From positions 1,116,001 through 1,180,000 of the forward strand of contig JAXLNO010000385.1 in the NCBI GenBank assembly GCA_038087875.1: a stretch of 64,000 bases of DNA, read 5' to 3'. Below, piece after piece: positions 38,201 to 51,600 of this stretch. How positions within the stretch are numbered: the stretch's first letter is position 1; every line of letters starts with the position of its first letter. The position numbers and the translations under genes are program-made. Origin of the DNA: Malacoraja senta. Its lineage: Eukaryota. Under the pieces are notes generated by a model, which worked only from the letters and a program-made list of their open reading frames with translations, was not told where the DNA came from and made no database searches.

Positions 38201-38724
38201 AGAACTGGGACAAAATTAAATGATAAACCGATAGATAGGAGGCGCAAGGTAAGTGGTGTGACACCATGTAAAGAAGCTTTAACGAGACATCGTTACTTTA
38301 CTATCTTTATTCATACTGGAGCATTACATATTGCACTAGCTGTACGTGGTCTGTCACAGGAACTAGAGAGCTATCTGTGGGTGGGGAGGTTGTAGTTATA
38401 CTTGTGATATGGGGAGTGGTTAGTAGGTATGCGGTCACTATGTTAAAGGCACATGCATATATCATCTACAGGCACCTGTAAGTATACCGTTAAACCTGTC
38501 CTATCCATGTTCCTGTCTAAATGTCTGGCCAAATGTCTCTGGCCAAATGACTTTAACGTTGTATCAATGAGGTCCCCTTGTTCTTCTCCGGAGGGAGAGA
38601 CAGGGAGAAAGAAAGGAGAAAGAAGGGGGGAACGGAGAAAGAGAGTGGAGTGACTGGATGGAAGAGAGAGCAACGCGGAGGGAGAGAGACTGTGTAAGAG
38701 GGAGAGGGGCAGCGGGTCGACTCA

Positions 38725-38802
38725 CGTGTGTTTCATTGTCAAATTTCCCAGACACAATAATGACATCCAAACTAGCAGCAGCACCAAAGTATGTAAACAT
38801 AG
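38725..38802 (-). mobile_element. Decayed Rex1-like 3' tip (inverse copy at ~57148-57238)
   Basis: Reads 'tggtgctgctgctag..gtcattattgtgtctggga..tgacaat', resembling the Rex1 ends in this window. Confidence 0.45.
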
Positions 38803-41062
<2,260 letters not shown>

Positions 41063-41765
41063 GGCTGGAGTGTGTCTCACACTAGACACCGTGTACTTTT
41101 TAAGCGCTGTCCTGTGTCCTCTCTCTCTCCGCAAGTCTCCAGATTCGTTCAGTGATCCTCCTGTGTCTCCCTCCTTTTCCTTCTTAAACCCCCAAATCGT
41201 GGCCAGTTATTCTAATCCTGACCCGTCCTATCTCCCGCCAGATCTCGGGATCTCTTTGCTTAAAAGATGGGGTTCGAGCTCTCTCTTTGTTATGCGTTAT
41301 GTCCGGGAGTACCGGTGATGGCTAGACGGTCTGTTAATTTGTTTCTCGATAAGAGGTGATGGGTTTAACTGGTTTTCCCATCACCGGCCAGGTAGATTTC
41401 TATGGGCTATTGTGCTGCCTTAACGAGATTAACTACGTAGGTCGGCTTGGGCCATTGTGATCCCTGCTGATGTCAGCGCCCCAGTGTCTGGACTTCGACC
41501 TGGTTTCGGGGGGTTTCTGCACGGCCAATATCCATCTATTGTTCAGGCCTTGACTTTGCAGAAACCCAGAGACTGGGCTGTGGGGTTTCGCTTTGTGGCT
41601 GGTCACGAGGTCCCGCGGCCATCTTGGGACCCACTGATTGTGACATCCCTTGTTAAAACTGACCGCAGTTTTTCTCTCTCTCAGTCCCAGTCCCGTATAA
41701 AAAATGTCCCAAACGCAGCTCTTTGGTTTTGTTGATTGTAGCATGAGGGAAAACTTCTCAAATTT
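41063..41765. other. Unidentified complex sequence, possibly a decayed LTR-element internal region
   Basis: Not simple-repeat sequence; inverse copy at ~45605-46300. No convincing motif. Confidence 0.3.
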
Positions 41766-41848
41766 TACACTCTCCCCTCCCCGTCGCTCTCTATCCCCCC
41801 TTACCCTCTATCTCTCTCTCTCCCTCTATCTGTCTCTCTCCCTCCACG

Positions 41849-42133
41849 TAATAATAAGGAGTAAGCCATTTAGAACAGAAATGATGAAACACTTTTTCTC
41901 ACAGAGAGTGGTGAGTGTGTAATTCTCTGCCTCAGAGGGCGGTGGAGGCAGATTCTCTGGATGCTTTCATGAGAGAGCTAGATTTGGCCTTAAAAATAGC
42001 GGTCAGGGGATATGGGGAGAAGGCGGGAACGGGGTACTGATTGGGGATGATCAGCCATGATCACATTGAATGGCGGTGCTGGCTCGAAGGGCCAAATGGC
42101 CTACTCCTGCGCCTATTGTCTATTGTCTATTGT
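41849..42133 (+). mobile_element. CR1 LINE 3' end (second family) with (CTATTGT)n tail
   Basis: Reads 'ttctcacagagagtggtg..gatcagccatgatcacattgaatggcggtgctggctcgaagggccaaatggcctactcctg' plus tail. Confidence 0.85.
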
Positions 42134-42309
42134 GTCTCTCTCCGTCTCTCTCTCTCTCTGCCTTCCCGTCTCCATCTCTCTCTCCCATCGCCACCTCACT
42201 CCCTCTCCCCTCTCTCTCTCTCTGCCCACCTCTCTCTTCTCCCCTCCTCTCACTCTCTCTCTCTGTCTCGCACTGCCTGAGCACCTCTCTCTTTGGCATC
42301 GACATGATG

Positions 42310-43460
42310 AACATGCAGAAGGTGTGTGTGTGATGGGGGTGGGAAATGAGTGGTGGGGCTCCATGTGGGGGTCACCGACTGTGGGGGGAGAGGGAGAGAG
42401 ATGGGGAGATAGTCGAAGAGAGAGGAAAGGAGAGACGAGAGAGATGGATCCGAGGGATGGAAGGAGAAAAGAGAGAGGGGGAAGTAGAGAGACGTGGAGA
42501 GAGAGACTGGAAGAGGGAGAAAGAGAGAGAGACTGGGATGGGGAGAGCGAGAGAGAAGGGGAGGGCGAGGGAGTGACGAGGGAGAGGGAGAGAGAGAGAG
42601 AAACGGGGAGAGGGAGAGAGAGATGGGGAGAGACAGGGGAGCGAGAGGGAGAGAGAGAAAGAGTGAGTGAGAGAGAGAGCGAGGGAGAGAGAGAGAGAGA
42701 GAGAGAGAGACAGAAGGGGGAGAGCGGGAGACGGGGAGAGTGAGTGAGAGAAGAGGAGGGAGGGAGGACCGGGGAGGGGGAAGAGGGCGAGGGGAGAGTG
42801 ATGGGGAGGTCGAGAGGGTAACGGAGGAGTGGAGAGGGGTGTAGATCTAACACAACATGGAAACAGGCCCTTCGGTCAACTTGCCCAGACTGACCAACAT
42901 CTGCACTTATTCCACCTACCCGCGTTTAGCCCCTATCCCTCTAAACCTGTCCCATCCCTGTACCTGTCCAGAGGTTGTGAAATCATTGCCTCAACTACAT
43001 CTTCCGGCAGCTGATCCATACAACCCACCACCCTCTGTGTGGAAACGTTACCCCCTCAGGTTCCTATTACATCTTTTCCCCTTCACCTTGAATCTATATC
43101 CTCTGGATAGGGAGAGAGACGGGGCGGGGGGGGGGAGTGAGAGTTGGAGGCACCGTGCCGGCCCGAGGCAGGTCGCGGGGAGAAAGTACAAACTCTGTAC
43201 AGATCCCGCCCGTGGTCAGGATCGAACTGGGGTCTCTGACGCTGTGAGGATGCAAATACACTTGGATTTAAGGGAGGGCACCTGTAAATGAGGGAATAAG
43301 GGGAGGGCACCTGTAAATATACCTTTAAACATGTTCTATCCTGTAACTGTCTAAATGTCTGGCCAAATGTACCGCGCCAAATGACAAACGTTTCTTTGAG
43401 GTCTCCCCTCTTTCTAAACTCCAGTGGGTACAGGCCCAGTGCCGACAAACGCTCATCATA
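42310..43460 (-). repeat. Composite module: GA tract, CR1 3' end (42850-43100), V-SINE head (43165-43253) and CR1 fragment
   Basis: Direct repeat of ~20460-21390 and inverse of 44080-45015. Confidence 0.75.
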
Positions 43461-43710
43461 TGATGAGCAACACGATCCATGTCCCTACACTCCTTGCACA
43501 TCCATGATCCTATCTCAGCTTTTAAACACCACTAGAACACCGGCCGCCTCCACAGGCACCCACCTTTGTCGGAGAGATTTATGTCAATGTGCCTCCTCCA
43601 CAGGCACCCACCTTTGTCGGAGAGATTTATGGGGCGTTATTCACACCGAGAGCAGTGGATGGCTGGAAAGTTTCACTCGGGAAGATGCCGCAACATGTAA
43701 ATGTGATTTG

Positions 43711-43870
43711 AGGTAGACAAAAATGCTGGAGAAACTCAGCGGGTGAGGCAGCATCTATGGAGCGAAGGAAATAGACGACTTTTTGGGTCGAGACCGGAAA
43801 CTTCGCCTATTCCTTCGCTCCATGGACGCTGCCTCACCCGCTGAGTTTCTCCAGCATTTTTGTCTACCTT
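43711..43870. mobile_element. Inverted pair of Penelope terminal-repeat ends (hairpin)
   Basis: Reads aggtagacaaaaatgctggagaaactcagcgggtgaggcagc ... gctgcctcacccgctgagtttctccagcatttttgtctacct. The arms match the 12853-12915 Penelope end. Confidence 0.8.
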
Positions 43871-43879
43871 CGATTTTCC

Positions 43880-44079
43880 NNNNNNNNNNNNNNNNNNNNN
43901 NNNNNNNNNNNNNNNNNNNNNNNNNNNNNNNNNNNNNNNNNNNNNNNNNNNNNNNNNNNNNNNNNNNNNNNNNNNNNNNNNNNNNNNNNNNNNNNNNNNN
44001 NNNNNNNNNNNNNNNNNNNNNNNNNNNNNNNNNNNNNNNNNNNNNNNNNNNNNNNNNNNNNNNNNNNNNNNNNNNNNNN
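43880..44079. other. Assembly gap (200 N)
   Basis: Run of N. Confidence 1.
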
Positions 44080-44631
44080 ACATGTTTAAAGGTATACTTA
44101 CAGGTGCCCTCCCCTTATTCCCGCATTTACAGGTGCCCTCCCTTAAATCCAAGTGGTATTTGCATCCTCAAAGCGCCAGAGACCCCAGTTCGATCCTGAC
44201 AACGGGCGCATCTGTACAGAGTTTGTACTTTCTCCCCGCGACCTGCCTCGGGCCGGCACGGTGCTCCAACTCTCACTTCCCCCCCGCCCCGTCTCTCTCC
44301 CTATCCAGAGGATATAGATTCAAGGTGAAGGGGAAAAGATGTAATAGGAACCTGAGGGGGTAACGTTTCCACACAGAGGGTGGTGGGTTGTATGGATCAG
44401 CTGCCGGAAGATGTAGTTGAGGCAATGATTTCACACCACTGGACAGGTACAGGGATGGGACAGGTTTTAGAGGGATAGGGGCTAAACGCGGGTAGGTGGA
44501 AATAAGTGCAGATGTTGGTCAGTCTGGGCAAGTTGACCGAAGGGCCTGGTTTCCCCCTCCCCGATCCTCCCTCCCTCTCCTCTTCTATCACTCACTCTCC
44601 CCGTCTCTCCCGCTCTCCCCTTCTGTCTCTC

Positions 44632-44663
<32 letters not shown>

Positions 44664-45190
44664 TCTCTCTCTCTCTCGCTCCGCTGTCTCTCCCCATCTC
44701 TCTCTCCCTCTCCCCGTTTCTCTCTCTCTCCCTCTCCCCGTCACTCCCTCGCCCTCCCCTTCTCTCTCGCTCTCCCCATCCCAGTCACTCTGTCTCTTTC
44801 TCCCTCTTCCAGTCTCTCTCTCCACGTCTCTCTACTCCCCCTCTCTCTCTTCTCTCCTTCCATCCTCGGATCCATCTCTCTCGTCTCTCCTTTCCTCTCT
44901 CTTCGACCATCTCCCATTTCTCTCCTCTCCCCCCGAGATCCTCCCCACAGTCGGTGACCCCCACATGGAGCACCACCACTCATTTCACCCCATCACACAC
45001 ACACCTTCTGCATGTTCATCATGTCGATGCCAAAGAGAGAGGTGCTCAGGCAGTGCGAGACAGAGAGAGAGAGAGGTGAGAGGAGGGGAGAAGAGAGAGG
45101 TGGGCAGAGAGAGAGAGAGGAGAGGGAGTGAGGCGGCGATGGGAGGGAGGGATGGAGACGGGAAGGCAGAGAGAGAGAGAGCGGCGAGAG
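44080..45190 (+). repeat. Composite module: V-SINE head (44162-44246), CR1 3' end (44312-44553) and CT tract
   Basis: Inverse of 42135-43334. Confidence 0.75.
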
Positions 45191-45191
45191 A

Positions 45192-45523
45192 CACAATAGA
45201 CAATAGACAATAGGCGCAGGAGTAGGCCAACAGCACCGCCATTCAATGTGATCATGGCTGATCATCCCCATTCAGTACCCCGTTCCCGCCTTCTCCCCAT
45301 ATCCCCTGACCGCTATTTTTAAGGCCAAATCTAGCTCTCTCATGAAAGCATCCAGAGAATCTGCCTTAAGAAGGAAAAGGAGACACAGGAGGAGTCACTG
45401 AACGAATCTGGAGACTTGCGGAGAGAGAGAGAGAGGACACATGACAGAGAATTACACACTCACCACTCTCTGTGAGAAAAAGTGTTTCATCATTTCTGTC
45501 TAAATGGCTTACTCTTATTATTA
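45192..45523 (-). mobile_element. CR1 3' end (inverse of 41849-42133), interrupted by an 82-bp local copy
   Basis: The tail reads (ACAATAG)n on +. Confidence 0.8.
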
Positions 45524-45604
45524 CGTGGAGGGAGAGAGACAGATAGAGGGAGAGAGAGAGATAGGGGGTGAGGGGGGATAGAGAGCGACGGGGAGGGGAG
45601 AGTG

Positions 45605-46966
45605 TAAGATTTGAGAAGTTTTCCCTCATGCTACAATCAACAAAACCAAAGAGCTGTATTGGACATTTTTTATACGGGACTGGCACTGAGAGGAGAGAAA
45701 AGCTGCGTCAGTTTTAACAAGGGATGTCACAATCAGTGGGTCCCAAGATGGCCGCGGGACCTCGTGACCAGCACAAAGCGAAACCCCACAGCCCAGTCTC
45801 AGGGTTTCTGCAAAGTCACGGCCTGAACAATAGATGGATATTGGCGTTCAGAAACCCCCGAAACCAGGTCGAAGTCCAGACACTGGGGCGCTGACATCAG
45901 CAGGATCACAATGGCCCAAGCCGACCTACATAGTTAATCTCGTTAAGGGAGCACAATAGCCCATAGAAACCTACCTGGCCGGTGATGGGAAAACCAGTTA
46001 AACCCTCACCTCTTATCGAGAAACAAATAACAGGCCGTCTATCCATCACCGGTACTCCCGGACATAACGCAGAACAAAGAGAGAGCTCGAACCCCATCTT
46101 TTAAGCAAAGAGATCCCGAGATCTGGCGGGAGAGAGGACGGGTCAGGATTAGAATAACTGGCCACGATTTTGGGGTTTAAGAAGGAAAAGGAGACACAGG
46201 AGGAGTCACTGAACGAATCTGGAGACTTGCGGAGAGAGAGAGAGAGGACACATGACAGCGCTTAAAAAGTCCACGGTGTCTAGTGTAACACACACTCCAG
46301 CTGGAGTCCCGCCACGTGGAAAGAAAAGGAAAGCAGTAGGACCCTGGGCGTGGTGAACCCCCGGGACCACCCGAAAGACCGAGACGACCGCCGCCGACCC
46401 TTCCGCAGCCACCTAATCGGAGGAAGCAGCACGACCAGCCAGTAACCTCAGTAATCGCCCCATGGTGAGCATGTACCCCGATCCTGCACATCCTGGACAT
46501 AGTTTAGTGTAGAGGGGAGGAGGAGGGGGTTATATTAACGTGGGTGTAAGTGTACGATGTGCTGGCAAATTTTACGATGTGCCGTACGTTGATCATCCCG
46601 CACTCGAGTATTGCATCGTAGTTATTGCGTCTATGATCCCGAAAACAGAACTGTAATTATGCATATGCCTTATAGAACAGTCAAAGTATTCATGTACCGT
46701 AGTCCCAACCGCTAAATACAAATTTTTTCCTGTTTAAACCCTGGTCTTGAAATCTGGTCTGGTTGAATTTTCTGCACTATCAACGCTCCTGCAACTAAGT
46801 CCAGTGTCTAGTACCGTAGGGGGTGAGTGGGTCGAGCCCCTCACGGGAACCGTGTGCGCGGCTGGTCGAGGGACCAGAGCAAACCACAAGGACCTTAGGT
46901 CGGGCGAAAGCTCGACGCAGAAGCGCTTAAAAGAGGGAGCGAGAAGTAAGAGTGCCGGGTGGCGAG
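45605..46966. other. Unidentified complex sequence, longer copy
   Basis: 45605-46300 is the inverse of 41063-41765. 46300-46966 is unique in the window. Confidence 0.3.
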
Positions 46967-47371
46967 GGAGAGAGAGAGGGGAGGGAGGGGAGGAGAGAGA
47001 GAGGTCGGGGAGGGGAGGGATAGAGACGGGTAGGGGAATGCAAAAGTGACGAAGGGGTGGGTGAGAGCTGGAGATCAAGAGAGAACGAGGAAGGACATCA
47101 ATGAAACAACGTTTAAGTGTCATTTGGCCAGATACATTTAGCCAGACATTTAGGTACATGGATAGGACAGGTTTAAAGGGATAATTACAGGTGCCCTCCC
47201 CTATTCCATCATTTACAGGTGCACTCCCTTAAATCCGTGGCAGATTTGCCAGACCCGATGGGGAGAGAGATGGGAGAGAGATGGGGAGAGAGGGGGAAGA
47301 GTGGGGAATATAGTGGAGAGAGATAGAGAGAGGGAGAGCGAGATGAGAGAGAGAGAGAGAGGAGAGAGAGC

Positions 47372-47417
<46 letters not shown>

Positions 47418-47454
47418 GGAGAGAGAGAGAGAGAGAGGGGGGGGAGGGAGAAAG

Positions 47455-47853
47455 AGAATAATCCTTGGTGAAGGAAATACGGCACATCATGGTGCACAAT
47501 ACGTAACAGCATGCCATAACCTGAGGAGACGGTGAATGACCAATATGCACATATGTACGCACACACTAATTGACATTAACTGACACTAAGAAATTAATAA
47601 TTGAATTGCTAAACTTGCTACTCTGTTGTACTGCTTACAGCTGCAAGAACGTGTAGCAATTAATAAAGGGCTATAGGTCTATTGCGTGTTTATGTACAGG
47701 ACATATCTATCCATGCACTGTATACTTGTATTCATATTTGTGCATTTTAAATATGTATGTCATCTTTATACTTTGGCTATATAACGATGTATTTTATCAT
47801 GCCAATAAAGGTTTTTTTAATTGAATTGAAATTGAAAATTGAAATTGGAATTA
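47455..47853 (+). mobile_element. RTE-X-like LINE 3' fragment inside (GA)n
   Basis: Translates ILGEGNTAHHGAQYVTACHNLR, an RTE-X-type C-terminus. It ends 'catgccaataaagg' plus a (TTGAA)-type tail, with (GA)n on both sides. Confidence 0.65.
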
Positions 47854-47859
47854 CGAGAG

Positions 47860-47898
<39 letters not shown>

Positions 47899-48522
47899 GT
47901 GGAGAGAACGGGGTGGAGAGACGATGGGGAGGTGAGGAGAGAGAGAGAGAGAGAGAGAGAGAGGAGTAGAAGGCCTGGAGAGGGTGGGAGCGGGACGGGG
48001 AGTGGAGGTGTGAGAGATGGATCTCGTCTGAAGAACGGTCTCGACCCGAATCATGTCCGATTCCTTCTCCCCAGAAATGCTGCATGTCCGCTGAGTTCCG
48101 CCAGAATTGTATTTGTCTATGTTAATCCAAGTTATGTCGTGCCCAGGTTAATCAACTCGGCTCAACATATGATGAGCGTTGGCGGCACTGGGCCTGTTGC
48201 TCTCTCTTCCATCAGTCACTCGACTCTCTTTCTCTCCTTCCGTCCTTCTTTCTCCTCTCTTTCTCCATGTCTCTCCCTCCGGGGATGGAGGAAGAGAGAA
48301 GAAGGAGGGGGACCTCATTGATACAAACGTTTGTCATTTGGCGAGACGTTTAGTCAGGTACATGGATAGACAGGTTTTAACGGTATAATTACAGGGCCCT
48401 CCTTAAATCCAGTCATAGAGTTGCTGTCTCACAGCGCCAGAGACCCGATGGGAGAGAGATGGATAGAGAGGGGGTAGAGGGGGGAGATAGTGGAGAAAGG
48501 AGATAGAGGTAGAGAGAGAGAG

Positions 48523-48562
<40 letters not shown>

Positions 48563-48572
48563 TGAGAGAGAG

Positions 48573-48603
<31 letters not shown>

Positions 48604-48604
<1 letters not shown>

Positions 48605-51600
48605 GCTGGCTGTGTTTTTTCAGCTCTGCAGTTGAGAAGGATTCAAACAGCTTTTCAAGGACGTTGTCGATGGGAAGGAACAGGCAGAGGGCTTCATGGT
48701 CTAACTTATTGTTGGACTGGTGAAACTTTTCTCTGCTCTAGGAATTCTCCACAGGGCGGACATCCGGAGATATTTTTCCATTGTCGAGGGTGCGGTTGTC
48801 GTTGCGGACTGCCAAGAGTGGAGGCAACGGGAAAAAAGGCATTTTGCTCCGGCGGATGTCGGGTTTAATGTGAAGATGGTACTGTTGAGTCCGGAAAGAA
48901 TGGATAGAGCTTCCCAAAAGCTGCTGTCGGCTGTGGACGTCTTTGGGGATTTTCTGGCTGTAGCTGGAGGCTTCAGAGTTCTGCTACTTGTTGACTGTGA
49001 CTATTTGAAGGAGTTAACGTGGAGCTGAGCTGCCGGGCGATTGGAGCTGGTTGTGCCTCTGTCAGGATGGCGAAGGCTGGGGCGAGGCCGAAGAACGGAG
49101 TTACGCAGTGGCGGCATCAGAGGCGGATGCGAGGACAGTGGAGCATGAGCCTTATGTGAACTTGAATTGGGGCAAGTTTGGTATCTCGGTCCAAACTGGG
49201 CCCCAGATGTCTAGGGGTGCAATTACCAAGGCCGTGAATGACCTTATTGGGGGGCGGCCTGTTGTCTCTTCCGAGCTTGTAAGAGGCAAGGTGGAGATGA
49301 TTTGAAGACCGAGGAGGTGTGAAAATGGCGTTGGAGAGGGGGATATCAGTGGGGGGGATCCAATTACAGGTGGATCCGTGGTTATCGAGGGTGAGACCGG
49401 TTCTCCTGCGGAGTTGCCCCACATTTATTTCGGATGCTGCACTTATGCCACACCTGTCTACGATTGGGGAGGTGAGGTCTAAGTGCTTTAGGCTCAGGCA
49501 CCTCGGGGGGGACCCGGAGGAAAGAGGGATCTTCAGTTTTAAGAGGAGGGTGTTCATGAAGGTGGGTGAGGCGAAGGCGCGGAGGGGAGCTTTGAGGGAT
49601 TGTCAGGGTCTCCATAGAACCGTGTATTGGAGTTGGGGAAGGCACGGTGTCATGAGTGTGGAGCATATGGACATTTCCGTAACGAGTGTCTTTCTCGCAG
49701 GGGCGTTGCTAGAAGTTCTAGCGTAGTGGCCCAGGATGGCAATGCTGGCCCATCCGGGGTGGTACATCATGCCTCGGTGGCGCGGGCTGGCACTGCTGAC
49801 CTGGCTAGGGCGGCTAGCTCCACCTCGGGGATCCGGGGGCGGAAGTGATAGGCCATCTGGGTCTGAAAGTTCTGCCTTGGGGACCCGGGGCGGGGGAAGG
49901 CCTCAGGCCCCTGCGTCCTGAGAATGTGGAGGTGGTGGTGGCTAATGGTGAGGGGAGGAGAGGTGGGTGGGAGAGGGGAGGTAAGCGGGAGGGGAAGTGG
50001 AGGTGAAGAAGGGGAGGAAGAAGAAGGGAAAGGGCCATCCGGAGAGTAAAAATATGCGTGTTAGTTCTAGTGAGGTCCAGAGTGTGCTTGATGTGGCCCA
50101 GCAAGGCGATGAGATCGCTCAGACGGGGGAAGGGTTGGTAAAGGGTGCGGGGGGTATAGTGGATGGGGGTAGGGAGGGGGTGGAAGACCCTTCTTTATGG
50201 AGGTCACCGTACTGCCGCATGCTAGTGGGGTGAAAAGGAATAGGCCTGGCGAGGAAGAGGAAGGGCGTGAGGCGAAAATTAGGGCAGGTGAGGGGGTTGA
50301 TTCCGCTGGAGATGTGTCCTCTGGGCGGGGGGCTGTCTCTTCATTTCAGGGGCCCTCCGATGAGTTATCTCATCGGGTGTGAGGTGAGCTCCCTGGGGGG
50401 TGTCCTCTGGTCGGAGGATGTCCCTCGTTTCAGAGGCCTCTTGAGGGTGATGGAACGCCAGAGGATGGGTATGTGCCCCTGGTAGGGGGGCCCCTGAGAT
50501 GGAGGATGAGCAGAGTCAGCTGAGGGGGGTGGTTCGGGGGGCTGTGGTGTTCCAGTCTATGCTGCACATCAGTGCCAGTGGTGGAATGGGGGGTGTGCTG
50601 CATCGCCGGATGAGGTGGAAGGGGAGAGGCTAAAAGTAGAGGCGAGCCTCTGGGTATTGCTAGTGGTGGGGATGCTATAGGTGGTGTGGAGGTCGGGATA
50701 GTTTGGGTGGTGATTCCCTTTAGTTTCAAGGGGTGTCAGTGTATCCCAGGCCCTGGGGAGCCTAGTGTTTTTGCTTCCCCAGGCCAAGGCGTGGAGGGTG
50801 AGGGTAGCGTGCAGGGGCCAAGCCAGTCAGGGGGATGCTTGTTGCAGTTGGGGGTTTCGGGCCCTTACCTGGCATTGATCCTGGGGTGGTGTCTTGCTGG
50901 AGGAGCGGGAGGGTGAACTGGAAAGTTTGGGTAGTGGGGGTGGAGAGCTTTTGGAGAGCTCTGGGCGTTCAGTTACAGAAAGAGACCTTGAACGTTGTGA
51001 TGTGGAGTCTGATGGTGCAGGTGCAAGTGCGTTGGCCGAGTGCCCAGACTCAAGGCCGAGGCTCTTGATTGTGAGATAAAGGTGGTTCGAGAGTTTCTCA
51101 GAACAACCACTCCGCAAGAACAAGAGTGGATGCTGCTAGTAGCGGTGGAAGGATCTGCCAGGATTGATTCCGATTCTCGAGATATCTTGGCAGCAGGAGA
51201 GTGCTCTTACTGACGTAGAGGTGGGACAGTTTGGGGACTTTTGGGGTTACTCAGAGAGAAATTTGTTGTGTCTACGGGGACTGAGGGGGTTTAATAAAGT
51301 GGGCCTTTACATCACCGTCGCAACATTAAACTTAACGGGAGTAGATCGAGTTTTCGTAGATTTCAGCTTTTATCAGGCCTTAAGAGGGGAGATTTGCAGT
51401 GTGTTTCTGCAGGAGACGCACACAGTTGTTAGTGATGAACCTACTGGAGACTGGAGTGGGAAGGGGGGGTTTACATGAGCCATCTCAGCTCAAATTCGAG
51501 TGGGTGGCCTTTCTGTTGGCCCAGAATTTCCTGCCAACGATTTTAAAAGTGAATGAAGTTGTGCCTGGACGTTTGCTCCATCTGGCAGTGAGCTTGGATG

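Larger units (their letters stand above)
33726..38470 (-). mobile_element. Complete Ty3/Gypsy (Mag/K02A2.6-like) LTR retrotransposon, family 2
   Basis: The 204-bp LTRs are 33726-33929 and 38267-38470 (TGTA..TACA, ~11 differences by manual count). TSD GGCAC is at 33721-33725 and 38471-38475, PBS TGGTGTCAC ends at 38266, and the PPT is at 33930-33940. The empty site is at ~57465. Confidence 0.97.
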
